From Rhizodiscina lignyota (taxonomy: Eukaryota): 64,000 nucleotides of DNA. Numbering within the stretch: the first letter of the stretch is position 1; each line of letters begins with the position of its first letter. Below the pieces are notes generated by a model that saw nothing but the letters and a program-made list of their open reading frames with translations, was not told where the DNA came from and did not search any database. Location of the stretch: NCBI GenBank assembly GCA_010015805.1, contig ML978137.1:310001-374000 (forward strand). Direction: 5' to 3'. The position numbers were made by a program, and so were the translations under genes. Of the stretch, positions 1 to 13,269 are shown in pieces.

Positions 1-817
1 GGCATCCAGACCCTTTGAAAAACGTATTTGGAATTTTATAGTTACTGCTGTGAGGCCAGCTCGGCGGCATGCCCACTTGATGGTGAAGTATCGAACACTA
101 GCATAAGAAGCTCAACGTTAGCACGCTACACGTCGAAACATACATCTCTGAGGAGAGAGAACAGTAGTTGTGAAAGTACGAAGGGTTTGTATTCAGGTGA
201 GCGAGAGATCGCGGTAAAACTCCGGTGTAGCGCACGCTCGCTGAAGTGGACATTCGTCTCTTATTTTTCCATCGTACCTCTCAAGCTGGGCAACAGAATT
301 GATCTTCGGAACCAATGATCAGTAAAGACATTTGAAGATGTGGGGGGCAACGGAAAGTCGAGAAACTGTGAATATACCCGCCTTACTTCAAATTTCCTTG
401 TCTGAAGTGTAATAAGTATCATTCAGTTCGAGCGTTGTCGAATTCAAAGAGCGAAAGAGCACGTGAGGTTTCTTTTGATGCCAAGGTTTCGCCTTCTCCA
501 AGACGATCAAACGTTGGCGGGATCTACACGGCAAAGGAAAGGGGTGATCCATGTTCAGCCGATGAGTTGGCAGAAGCCTTGAACGGGGGTTGCAGCGTGA
601 CAAGCCAATCACACTGCATACAGACGATGTAGGGTTCGGATCGAGGCAAACCGCCCGACAGCCTCAGTCCAATGTAAAGACAGAAATAGCCTCCGAGCAA
701 AACCTCACCTGCACCTGCCTGACTCTGAATCTGACAACGAAGAAGGGTCCAAGTGTGGAAGAACTTGTGTGGAAGCACGATAAAGGAGGAGGTGGGGTCT
801 GTCGGTGTGATAGGCAT
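1..817 (-). other. Probable spliced 5' leader / start of a minus-strand gene running off the left edge
   Basis: Minus-strand intron 143-98 (GTATGT...GCTAAC...TAG) and further donor-like sites (GTGAGG ~706, GTAAGG ~386). An ATG at 70 opens MPPSWPHSSNYKIPNTFFKGSGC to the window edge. No recognisable protein. Confidence 0.3.
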
Positions 818-1943
818 GTATTGTATAGGGGACGCTGCAGTAGGACGACTGTGAGACTTCCAATGATCTTTTGATTTTCGAGAACGGCAGAAGAAGACAA
901 TGGTATGGCAAAAGCGTTACGCAACGTGCGCTTGCCAGCATTGCAAACGGCCAATGTGCATGGGTTGGGGCAGTTGGTGCATCGTGGGCGTGATATTGTC
1001 GAGTCTGGCCACGAGGGGTGGCTCGGTGGAGACGAGAGAGCGATTGCCACAGCGTAGTCGAAGTGAAGAAGAAACTGTTCTGAAACAGACTGTGTACATG
1101 TATGTAAAAGCGGTGAAGAGAGACGAACTGGCGCACGGCGGGATCGTGACATGGGCGGCGGGTAGCCCAGTGCAACCGGCCGCGGCGCGAATCAAAGGTG
1201 AAATTGGCTCCATTGCCTCCATTGCACAGCTTCGCGCTCGCGGGACTGAGGCTCAGAAGCGACGGGTGTGTTCGACGAGCGGCCAGTCAGACGGGCGCAA
1301 AGAGGGCAGAGCGAAATCCAGGTTGCCGCTCCTGTGAGAAAGGTGGTTTGCGCAGGCTGGGGTGCCAAGCCAAGACGTGTGCCAGCATTCACAAAGTTCA
1401 ACATCAGCTCCACCAAGTATCGAGCTCGCCACTCCAAACTTCCCATCTCGCAACAACGTCGCCGTGGGCTCATTGCGCGCCCGTCATTTTCACTGCAACC
1501 ACTTGTCCTCTGGCAATTGGCAAATGACGACAGCGCACGGCGGCCGCTTTGCGTGAGGTGGCTGGTCCGATCACCCAACCTCTCTTCCACAACTCAGCCC
1601 GCAAGCAACGAGCCCGGGCCACAGATCTCTTCCAACATCTCTTCTCTCATCCCGGAGAGGATCACACCTTCTACCTCCTCATCGGATAGCGTGGGTGAGC
1701 AGCGTCGGTACCCGCCAACTCTCCACTTTCGTCGACGAACTGCTAACGCTGCCTGATTCTTGCAGCACGCTTGCAGCTCGACTGCTGTGTAACTCGAGCC
1801 TGCCCTCACGCCTGTTTACTTCTGAAAAGTCGCATCACCCTGGTTCGACCGTCAAAGCGTCGAGCTCTTCTCGCAAACAACAGACGCTCGTCTAAGCTGC
1901 CTCTCATGTCTCGAGTGGCACAGCGAGCGTAGAGAGCTTCACG

Positions 1944-4900
1944 ATGGGGGTGGGTGACCGACGACCTCCTCCTCTACCAGCCCCAACGGAAACATCATCC
2001 GATAATTTCGGCAACGCAACGAGTGACGACCTCGCAACGGACATTTCGCGACGCACCGATCGCACGTCGTACTCGATTCCTGAAGACGGCAGCCCGGTGG
2101 TCATATCGACGAAGAAGAAGAGTCGAGATCTGGACACTGGAAGGAGCAACCCATCTCAGACGTCGCTCTTAATCGAATATTTCGAGGCGGGAAAGTCGGG
2201 CGACAAGGTGAAATCGCGGCCGAGTGTTAGAGTTCGGGTAACACCTTCAAGGAAGAAGGACAGGGAAGGAAGCGATCATATCCAGATTACAGAGACTGGA
2301 AAGACTCGCAAACCATCTTACACTAGGCGGATATCACTTGGAAGCAAGAGAGAGGAAAGCGTGCCATTGCCTGCAGGCACAGACATATCAGGATATTCCG
2401 GCGACTCGAACTTCAGTCATCCGCCTGTAGAAATCGAAGTCCAACCGAACACAAGCGACCTTTCACAAGTTTCTCACATATCCGACTACGAGGCCGTGGG
2501 CCCGTACCCAGCGTACGAGCAGTCTGACGTCTCGTTGATGCCCCCGGATTCTATGCTCGAAGGAGTCCCTCGAATTCATACGCCACCCCCGCAACCCCGA
2601 AGTCCGCTGATCGAAGAACCTACGACTACGAGTACATTGAGGGCGCCGGAAAGAGATAGAAGTCTAAGCAGGGAGCGCGAAATCACTCATCGCGTCATGG
2701 AAAGAATTGCACAGCGAGAAGCCAGTGGAAAGGCCTCGCCTACCACAAGACGAAGTGGCAGCAGAGAGTATGTCGTTGATGATCGGCCAACGTCTCGAAA
2801 GCGAACATCCAGCGACAGTCGTCGTACGGAAGATGCTCTTTCTGTCGAGTCTGTATCCAACTTGAACCCTTCGGATATCAGTCGTCGCTCTGAGCGCTCT
2901 GCCCGTTCTGGAACATCAAACGTTTCAATCAACAACCCCAAACTGCTGGCTACGGTCGAAGATGCAATCAAACGACTGATCTTGCCGGAACTAAATGCAG
3001 TCAAGGAAGAGCAGAGGATACAACGGAACAGGAGCAAATTCGAACACGAAAGACCGGAATCTCTCAGCTCTGTAAGGTCTGATGGCATTGAGAGACGAAT
3101 GTCAAAGTCGTCAAGTGCACCAGATGTGAAGGGTTCAAAGCCGCAGGTCGTGGTCAGCGAAGACGTGGATGAACTGAGTCCTTCAAAGCTCAGAAAGGAG
3201 CGCCGCTCCAGCAAAGGTTCCGAGCGGAGCCGGAGTCGCCAGGCTTCCTCCGAGACTGTGGTTAAAGATGGTGATCGCGTTCACAGGAAGAAAAGTAGAG
3301 ATTATACCCGATCTACAAGTGCGGCAAAGGAAGCAGCTCTTGCTCTTGGGGCCGGAGCGCTCACCGCTGCCGCTCTGAAACATCATGATTCAATGTCAAG
3401 CGTTGATTCGAGGGAGAGGCGGAGAAAGAGGCGGAGTAAGAGCAGAAGTCGGACTGCGAGCTTGTCAGAGAGCATAGAGGAGCGACCCCAGAAGAAGGAG
3501 AGCATCCCTCCATTACCGATGCAGAGCGAGATACAATCAGATTTGACTCGCGACTCCATTCTCTCTGCAGAGACTGAACGACCGGTGTCAACATCTTCGC
3601 GCGGTATCTCAACTCCACCAAGAGAACATGAAGTACGCCAAGTCTCTCGCGGGTCGCCTCTACACGTCTCACAAGTCTCACTTGAAGAGTCCCCCACGAC
3701 ACCAACGCGCACACCGACTCGCACTCCAACGTCCTTGAGGCAGCAGCTGGGCACTCATCACGCAAACATCTCAGCCGCCGATATCAGTGCTCCTCCTGCG
3801 AGCGCCGATAGAGGCTTCAGTGAGAACATTTCTCCCGCAGCAGCTGGCGCTGCTGCTGGACTTGGTGGAGCTGCAGTCCTTTCTCGACTGCACGATGTTT
3901 CTGGATTGCACGAATCGATGTCCGCAAACACGCTCGAACATTACACTCCTCAGAGACCACTCAGCCCGATCCAGAGTGTGTCAAGCTATCGCGATAGTAC
4001 TATTGAACCTGCTCCTCACAGCCGAGTACAATCTATCAGGAGTGAAGCATCCCTGACGTCTCCTAGGAAACATCATGTTCCCAGGCCCGACTCGGCTCGC
4101 TCTGCTGACTCGTACACTTCATCCCAGAGTGCGGATTTTGCTTATTCCAAAAATAGACCTGCTGGCTTCAGCCTAGAACATGGGTACGAGATCATGGGCG
4201 GAGAGTATGAACCGGAGACCCCAATAGCGGAGCACTTTGATGAAACCCCTCGTGCTGTGGAGGTTGACGATTGGTTCGACAAGGGCCATGAGGCCAATGA
4301 ACGTTACCGTCATGAGTACGACGACGAAGAAGAGGATGAGGACGAGGATGAGGAGAATCAGCACGCCTCGGGTGCGGAGTACAGCCGAGACTCTGCAGGC
4401 TACAATCGAGACTCTGCAAGCTACAATCGAGACTCTGCAGACTACAATCGAGACTCTGCGGATTATAATCGCGAGTCTGCATACACTGCGGATAGCTCAA
4501 ATGGGCCGTATGACAAGGTTACTGCCGGCCAGGGCCTAAGGAACGTTCACAACAATGCCGAGTATGTGCGAACGCCCATCGCTGTGGAATCGGCAGTAGC
4601 GTCACTTCACGACCCATCGTCAGTGAGCGTGCACTCTTCGCAGCAAAGTCTAGAGAAGATGATGCCATCTTCGCAAGTGGAGTCTGAGCTTTCTCAAGAT
4701 GCTCCGAAAGACGAAGACCGCGAATTAGGAACTCAGGACAACTCCAGCAGGGAACGATGGGGCGTCCTAAGGAACAAGGCTCAAGCACTACACGATCAAA
4801 CACAGCAGGCACAAGAGATCCGGAGATCATCAGATCAAATCCCGACTGTCCAAGGAGACCAGGCAGTGAAGACAACAGCGTCAGCACTACCTATTCCGGG

Positions 4901-7438
4901 AGACGACATGCCAGCTATCGGACATGGAATTGATGATGAAGAGTTAGATACCAATCCTTCAATCATCCGAGGTCCAATGGCAGGCTTCCACCCCGGCGAT
5001 CGGTCACACTGGCCGTACGATCCAACACCGCCAAGATCAACTCGAGAGCTTACCCGTGAACCAAGCGACGACGAAGACGTTGGCCACCACGCAGAATTGG
5101 GTACAGCTTTGGGTGCAGGCGCTGCAGGCGCTGCTATCGGTTTGGGTGTCGCAAACACCCAGGGTGCATCAAGGGACTTGGGTACTGGTGCAACGTATCA
5201 ACAACCCGCCGTCGAAGACGAATTTGATGCTGATGAGGAGCGTGATTTCGATGCCAATCAGGGTATGTTCGCGGCTCCTAATCTTCATTCTTCTACATCG
5301 CTGAAGGATGAAGGGTACATATCGTCCGCACAACAAGGCGGGTACACTCCTGAACCGTACCCGAATACCGAAGATCCGTTCCGTTCCAAACGTCAAGCGA
5401 AGCATTTCAGTGGCATGAGCCATGGCATGGAGAGCCCGCTGTATGATGCCGCGACCGGCAAAGGCATTGATCGGATTCAAAGCAAGGATGTGGTAGCGCT
5501 CATGGATCATCTTACAGTCAGAGATGCGCAGAGGAACGCAAGAGACACAGAGATATTGGTGACGTTGGTGAGGAGCGCGGCTGAGATGCGCAATTCCTTT
5601 GAGGAAATGAAAGAGTTCATCCGCATCGAGAGAGAGGCGATCATGGGCAACACTGACCGCAATGCCGAAGTGGTCGTCCAGAAAGTCCTTGGAGGACCAA
5701 GACCACAACCCGTCAGTTCACCTCGCACCATGCGCCGTGCAGGCTCCAGCGAGGAGGGCGATGACCCCCAGGGGCGCAGAAAGAGCATGTTCAAACGAGC
5801 TCTAAAGGGTCTCAGCATGAGGAGCACGAACGATTTGGCGAAAATCGAGGATATGCTCATGCAACTGCTGACTGAGGTTGAGGGATTGAAGGATACGCAG
5901 AACAACATGAGGGACACAACAAGAACAGGAAGTCTCAATTCGAACGAGTATCTCCGCCAACAGCAAGACCCAGGCTACGAACCTGACGGCCAAGCTGGAA
6001 CTTCTTCGAGCCCGAATCAGTCTGGATATTTCTCGAACCCATCAACACGACAATTGAATGGCGGAATGCTTCAGCCGATGCACTCTGGCTACGACGGCCG
6101 CAGAGGCTCGGGGCACAGAATCAGTACGGTAATCGAAGGCGACGAAGAAGAGTACGATCACGAGAATGTTGAATATCCCAACGAAGAGCGAATGACAACA
6201 CCAACGCAAGAGGTTCAACGCCAGAACTCGCTACCAATGAAGACCCCTCCACAGCAAAACACTTCGGCAGTACGAACCTCGCAAGGACCGGAGCACACTC
6301 CTAAGACTGTTGGGTCTTCAAAACACCGATCTCAGAACTCTTCTCTCTTAGGGAACTTTGCCAATAAGGTTTCCAGGTGGTCAAAGACCACGGCATCCAC
6401 AGATCCTCAAAGTGTTCGCATTAGCCAAGATCGTCAAATGCAACGACCATACTCAGAGGCTTCGCGCTCTGGCTCGAACGTGAACGTGGATCAGTACGAC
6501 GGTCAATACGCCCTCAATGAGGACGACCGCCTTCGTTCCAACGGTTCTCTCGCACGCGAGCAGTACAACCAAGCGGCAGTGGGCGCCGAGCAGCCACGCT
6601 CACCATCTCCTCTGATTCCTGATAGTGAGGTCGACGATCCGCGCTATCAAGCACATCGCAATTCGCTGAACCTTCAGCATCCTCAACCTCGACCTGGACC
6701 AACACACCGTCACCAATCACATCTCGAGTCCGAGGCGCAGAACTACTACGAGAGCCTACTTGACGATGGCCCAGAAGCTGACCAGTGGGGCTCCAATCCC
6801 TCGCTTGCGCTGAACAGGAATATCAATCGGATCAGCACTAGCACAGGTGGCGGTCTCAGTCCGGTCTACTCCGATGGTGCGAGCGTGCACTCTGCGAGCG
6901 AACAGGCAATGCAACCACAGGCGCAGTATCAGAATGCCCCTCCTCGACCACCAAAGATCAGAGATGACGGACCGCTTGTGCCAGAGGAGGCACAGGACCA
7001 ACATGTCGGATCCGGCGGACACTATCACAATACAAGCATGAGTTCTGGTCCACCATATCTCGCAACGCCCCTTGAGCCAATCCAAGAGGCGAGGTACAGT
7101 CTTGAGACTGAGCGCACGGGAAGACATCTTACTCCGAGCCCGAATCCTCCACCGACGGCAATGCAGAGCGTGCAGAGGAGAATCACTGGCCCGAGGCCTA
7201 TGAGCAGCAGGAGCCCAAGTGCGAGTGGAGGACAGGCACAGTCCCCAGGAGGAAGTCCGGCTGCCAGTCGGGAAGATATAGTTATCAGGAGGAAGCCTGT
7301 TAGTGTGAGGAGTACTGGTAAGTCTGACGTGCTCTCGAAGAACATCTACAGTGAATAGTTGCTAATTGTTACACAGCTTCGGATGGTACGCTTGAGAGCT
7401 ACAGAAGCAGTCTCGACGAGGACAACGAGATCTTTTGA
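1944..7438 (+). CDS. Large (~1810 aa) Ser/Arg/Pro-rich, mostly disordered protein with a central coiled-coil block; function unknown
   Basis: 1804-codon ORF from ATG 1944. Terminal intron 7318-7376 (GTAAGT...GCTAAT...CAG) joins a last exon ASDGTLESYRSSLDEDNEIF-TGA (7436-7438). Structured-looking blocks include QTSLLIEYFE, LLATVEDAIKRLILPEL and IQSKDVVALMDHLTVRDAQRNARDTEILVTLVRSAAEMRNSFEEMK. Confidence 0.9.
4380..4484 (+). repeat. Coding minisatellite, 5 x 21 nt (Y[SN]R[DE]SAx heptapeptide)
   Basis: tacagccgagactctgcaggc / tacaatcgagactctgcaagc / tacaatcgagactctgcagac / tacaatcgagactctgcggat / tataatcgcgagtctgcatac. Confidence 0.9.
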
Positions 7439-10400
7439 TCAGTCATTGGGATGCGCTTGAGCGCAACGTATAGCTCTTGGGGTGTTTCACACTCCAAGGG
7501 AAAGTTCTTTAATCTTCATTAAAATGGTGCATCCGCGTGTTCTTTGTAGAGAAGACACCACGCATGGCTTCACTTTGCGACGACGTTTACGATTTGCCGA
7601 CCGCAGGGCTGTGCTAGCTTAGACTATGCGAGCGTCTGCTGCATACATGTATCTAATACCTTACCCTTCTCCTTTTCGATATGCTAGGGACTGGGAAGGA
7701 AGCGAAAGGGTCCTCTTCTCAGGCACATAACACCGTGGAAGCTGCCAGGGGACTGGAGGGTGTTGCTACCTTGGATGGCTTCAATTGGAAATGCAATGCC
7801 AATTCAGCGGATTCGCTGACAAAAATTATCTGCTGAGTTGTTTTCGTTTCGTGAATTCTCTGTCTGATGCGCACCCCCTTTGAACCTGACGATGTCCGCG
7901 TTTCATTGGATTATCATGAACATCCCGTTCCAATCCCAATAATGGTCAATGTACGCACGTCGAAAATGGCATCTTCGCACCCTGCGAGCAAGGATTGAGC
8001 CACCACCATTCCAACCAAGACAAACGGCTTGATTCGCGGTCGCTTTCGTACCGCTAATGGCTGAGATGCGGATGCATCCAGAACCCTAGCCTCGAGCACC
8101 ACCACCGTCGAGGCCCTATCACAAGCTGTCCACGCCTCTGCCCGCAGGCGCCTGAAAAGCATACACCTGGCCGGCAAAGCCCGCCAAACACGTCCAAGGC
8201 CCATTGCAGCGAGGCGCAGATGTCGCCCGTCTACATTCGGCAGCGCGTGCAACCCTATCTTGCGTTAGCAATTCTGCGCGGGGCCTGCGATCTCGACGCC
8301 GCCCATGGCACACTGCGATACCCCGCGCACGCCTTCCGCTTCCAGTCGCGGCCAAGGGAAAAGGAGGACGGAAACGAAAAGGCGAGTTGAGGCTCAAGTG
8401 CCGTCACCGCCGATCTTGCCCTCGAATGGCGGTCGGGGAGCATGGGATCGCTCCCGATTAGAGGGCCTGTTTGCATGTTTGCTAGAGCGAGCCCGCCTTT
8501 CTTCACGCCGTGGCGGGGATGGAGGGCGGTAAAGTTTTGTGCCTTTTCGTGGCGCTTCACCGGCCCATACAATGGTCGAGGGGCACGCTTTGCTCTAGCT
8601 CGTGCGCGGAGAATTCCTCCAGGCGCGTTGAGATGGTGGTTAGTCAACGAGCGCAGTGGTGCGAGGGCTTGAGGCGAGAGTGGTGATTCGGTGCTGTGCG
8701 CGTTAGCGGTGGTGGCAGCAGAGAGCGCTGGCGGTCAGTTAGGATAGGCCAAGCCATTTTCTGTTTGCATTCGGCATCCCGACGCGCACAAGTGCGTCGT
8801 GCGTGATTCACCGGCGTCGCCGCGCTGTTTGGCGCTGTGGCAGACATCTCTCTCTCTCTCTCCTTTCTTGATTTCAAAAATTCTAAATTGGCTCGCTTGA
8901 GGTTCTTGCACATTGCACTTGGACTTGCGACCAGAAGCGCAAGCGAGGTGGGGCGTCGTGGTTGTTCGTCGCGGGCCAGAATCAGCGCCTCTCCTCTCGC
9001 TAGCACTCGGCGGAGCGGGACAGATACCAAGCATTGTTTCGCGAGCGAGAGTGGCTTGAGTGCTGCGGGAAGGAATTGGAGAACCTCGGGCACCACGGGA
9101 AGACCCCTTTGACGCAGTTTGCGGGGAACGGCACACAGCTGTCATGCTGAAGCTCGCTTTTGCAGGCGAGGCGGTTTGGAGGGGGTGGGCGAGAGAGAAT
9201 GTGGGACCGGGGTCGCGCTACTCGGACGGCACTGACAGGACTCGATATGCATGACTGATGGAGAGCATCATTACAGTACATACTCTCGAAGGCAGAAAAT
9301 TGGCGCTCGGCACGCCTCGCAGTCCGCTGCTTACCATGGTAGTCTGTAGGAAGGCCTGCGCCGTCGAGGAGCAGGAAAGTCTCTTTGTAGTAGTATCGCT
9401 GTCGACTCTGACATGTCAAGGGCGGCGGGAGACCCAGTCCGCGCGTTTATCCACGTCACGATGGTGGAGCATCTCTCCCCCGAGGCTCTCCAGTGCCAGT
9501 GCAAGCATGAAGCGAGGACGAATGGCCTCTTCTAGAATCGGGGAGCCGATGTCCGGAGAGGCCAGTCGAATTTGACTTCTGCCATTCGAGGAGAAACGGC
9601 GGTTCCAACCCCCACAACAGCGACAGACAAGACTCATCCATACGACGTACAGGCCCCAAGTGATTTCGCATCAGTCCGCGAAGAGCAAAAAGTGCCTCTA
9701 CAAATCTCGGCGAATTGTGCTATCGCTTACCGATTGCTTACTACGCGTCGACGTTACACATTATCAGAGGCCCACTCTCGGCAGCCTTGTAGGGCTGTAG
9801 TGCTTACGCTGTCCTTGCCTTTACGTGCCTCTGCATGCCTGTTCGACGGGGACTGTGATCCATCGGATGCGATCCCAGGGACGGGGAAGATTTTTGGAGG
9901 AGTGGAAACTTGATTGCCGGAAGACGATCACACCGGGGACATTTCACATGCCAGGGAATCTCTGTCTTGGAGGACTTGGATTAAAAGCTAACTCGAGATC
10001 TCTGGGATCTCTGGGACCGGCAAATGCTGTGAATAGCATCCCTCGGAGCGCGGTTGCTGATTGGAGTCAACGATACGGGAGGTCTCGCAGAATTTTTGGC
10101 CCCAAAATAGCAGGAAGGCAAGCCGTCGAAGGCATTCGCGCCGCTGTAGAGGTATGATGGTTGATCAAAGAGAGGGACTCTATTTAGCATCATGAGCTTG
10201 TTTCGTAATTGGTGGTCTTGTGAAAGCGGTTGAGGTCAGAAGGGTGCCAATACGATGACATAGTTTGGCATTTCAAACTGTTGAAGAAACAACCACGGAA
10301 CCGTTATGCTGCTTGACGCCATCGTAGGAGTAGCGTATGTTGCACTGCCATCGTGTATCTAAATTAGGAAGCTCCATTTGCCTGGGGTTCGTGGTGTTGG

Positions 10401-13269
10401 AGGACTGCAGCAACGTTAAATCTTCCAATGTTGCGGGACATAGCCACAACGTGCCACAAGTGCTGGGACTGGGGCTTGACAGGTCGCCGCCGGCGAGCAG
10501 CGCGAGCGTGATGCGATGAAGATGGAAATGACGTTCGTCCATGACAAACAGTGGACTCCTGCAGCGTGATCTAAGCATCGAGCATCCCATGACCGCCAGA
10601 GATGTTGTGACAACATGAACGGTTAGGGCCAGGGGCAGCGAGATGCGACGGCGCGCTCCCACCCAAAGGAGAGGGCAGAAGAGCCGCAGGAGACAGCGAC
10701 GAGAACGCTCCCCACGCAAAAGAAGCAGCTAAGGCCGGTAGCCGTTTCGCAGTGCAACAATAATCTCGGGCATTTGCAAGGGGAAGGCCTTTCGGGAGAT
10801 GCGCGCCATGTCCTATAGGAGCCAAGCGATTTCGCTGCAGCGTTGGGTTGGCTTTTCTGAACTCAGAATTGAATCAGGAGGCGACTTTCACAAGGGCAGC
10901 AGGCGTGACAGCAAGGCTGGGGCCAAAAGCAACGCGCCAGGCATTGGAGAGGCAGTCTTCGGTGCCAATCTAGCCGCTTACCTCATCAGCCAGCGTACAG
11001 TAGCGAAGTCGCTGGCTCGCTGTGATGGCCGGAAATCGAAGAGAAGCCAGAGCGGCCGAGAGGGGAGAGTGCTGGATGACAAAATGCTCTAGAGATAGGG
11101 CGACTGCGCGACGGGTCCAGAGACACAGGGCCAACTATCGTCAGTCCATCTGCATCGTCGCCCGCGGAAATGGGAGTCGCGGCCCCGCACGTGACCTCAA
11201 CCGATCGAGTGCACAACACTCTCGTCTTTCCGCCTCTCCGGCTGCCTTCACACTCCTGCTTAGGGGCCGGAAGCCACTTTGCATCGTCTGCATTATCACC
11301 GGCCCAGCAGGCCAGGCGTTAAGCTTCTTGTCGCTCTGTCACTCTCCATTTCTCGTAATATCTTGCTCTTCATATGCTTGGCGCGCGAAGGACCGCTTTG
11401 CTGTTCCTGTGTCCTGCGGGCATTCACTCCCTTTCCCCTCTGGGCCCCTGTCGCCGGCACGATGGATCACTCTTTGCTTGATTCGATTAACCTTCACCTT
11501 CGCTTGCCCTGGGGTCACGGTAAGGCTTTCGTTTATCGTCGCACAAACTCTGATTGACCGGCCTCGCCGCCCGCCATGGGCAGACGACCTCCCGAAACTC
11601 GAGGGGCCGCTTCCAACCCCTCGTTATTGGAATGGCGCCCTCTGCCAGTGAAAGGGATAGGGCCTGCCTTCCAATCCGCGAACGCTGGACGGAATTGCAT
11701 GCTGCGACATGTCGCGGCTGCAGGCAGTAGTTGCAGAGCATGAAATTGACCTTCTTTTCAAACGCTATCTCAGCCCTACTGTGATCCAGAGCGCGATTCG
11801 CTAGTCGAGGCTTGTCGGGCAGTGCGCCACGACAAAAGCACGGTGAAAGGCCTCACTCTCCTCCAAACGCCCTTTCGCGGAAGAGGCAGCCCATTCGAAG
11901 GGACCGAAATGGCTCTGGTCGCGGGATGCCGAAACGGCGGTTCCCCTTAACTTCCGATCGGGCAAGAAAACAGTCCAGATTGTCTGGGGCGTCGCCTCCG
12001 AACAATAAATCACAGCGCACTGGCTATCTGGGCCAATGGCCAAGTCGAAGCGAAAGCTTGGAGCGGTTGTGGTTCGATGGGACTGTCTTTTTTGAGCAGA
12101 AGCGTAATCTCCTATGCAGCAAACATCCTTTCATTTCGTCGCGTCTGCATCTTGCAATTCCATGACCGGTCAAGACGTTGGCCGATGCATCAACGGTGAA
12201 CAATGACGACTACTAATCGGTGTCACCATGCCTTCGTGGGGTGACTTGGTGGGATGGGTTGGAATGGGAAGCTCCGTCATTGAGCAGAATTCTCGCAGTC
12301 GGTGTCGATGGCACACGCCGCAGGCTTGAGCCTCAGAATACGGCGGGTTGGGCCAATCAGCGGCGTCCATATGGCCCTGCAGGGCCCTCTGCAGGTGACT
12401 AATGACCAAAAATGTGGCTAAGTCGACCGCCATCAGTCCTGGCGAATGCCTCTGCGCCACTACTTCACCGCGTGGGAAACCTTGCAAGCACTTGCCCAGC
12501 ATTCGCTCGAGCAGGCCCTTCGCTGGCGCTGCAGCGTCATGGCAAATCAGCGCGCGGCCGTGTCTCCAGCAGGGCGGTCGCTGGTCCCAGTGGGTGAGCC
12601 ATGCGGAATGTCCCTTCGCTCTCCCGTCCCGGCGACAAGGAGTGCAGGGGGTGGCAGGTGTGAGGGTGGGCAACGAAGAGCAGCATGAGCAGAAGGCTGC
12701 TTCTGGCCAACACGCCGCTTAACCTGGCCGAATGCGGTATGGAGAGTTCGACGAGGCTAGCGTTTTCGGTAAGAGAACCGGGGTGCAAATGGCGCTGCGG
12801 CCGGTGATGCCTGCAGCAGATGAAGTGTGGGTCGGCCAGTGGAGCGATGCATCTGCAACGACACCCTGGGAGGCATACGGACGCACTGCAGCCGGGGAGG
12901 CTTAGGAGCTCACAGGCCCCAAGCACTCGCACTCACACCGCATCGGGCAGGCTCAAGGTGCGCGATCGAGGCGGAGAAGTAGTGCAGTTCTGGCGGAGAG
13001 AGAAGCGACGCGCGATAGTTCGACTTCGCCAAACACCGCTCCCGATACCTGTCGACGAACGGGCCCAAACGCCAAAGCAGGGTTAGTCCGGGCTCACCGT
13101 CCACCCGCTTTTGGTGCCTGGGTGATGTCTCACTGCTCGTAGGGCAGAGTATGGGCCGGGGGTACTGTAGTGCTGCGCATCGTTTCTTGCTGTCTCCATT
13201 TTTGGGGGCCGGCAGCATTATACATAGCTCTAAGGCTTCGCCCCCTTCACCACTCACTATCATTCTGTC

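Noticed and set aside
300..430. C/D-box snoRNA-like arrangement on the minus strand (ATGATA...CTGA with pairing ends)
   Set aside because: The box C is imperfect and I could not identify a convincing rRNA antisense element.
8700..10700. Structured ncRNA such as telomerase RNA, RNase P/MRP or SRP RNA
   Set aside because: No TAACCCTAA template and none of the conserved motifs of these RNAs; only isolated hairpins.
7900..13200. Many 60-200 aa ORFs and roughly a dozen PacC-like GCCARG hexamers in the long intergenic region
   Set aside because: The ORFs lack codon bias or motifs and overlap randomly; the hexamer count is only modestly above chance for GC-rich DNA.
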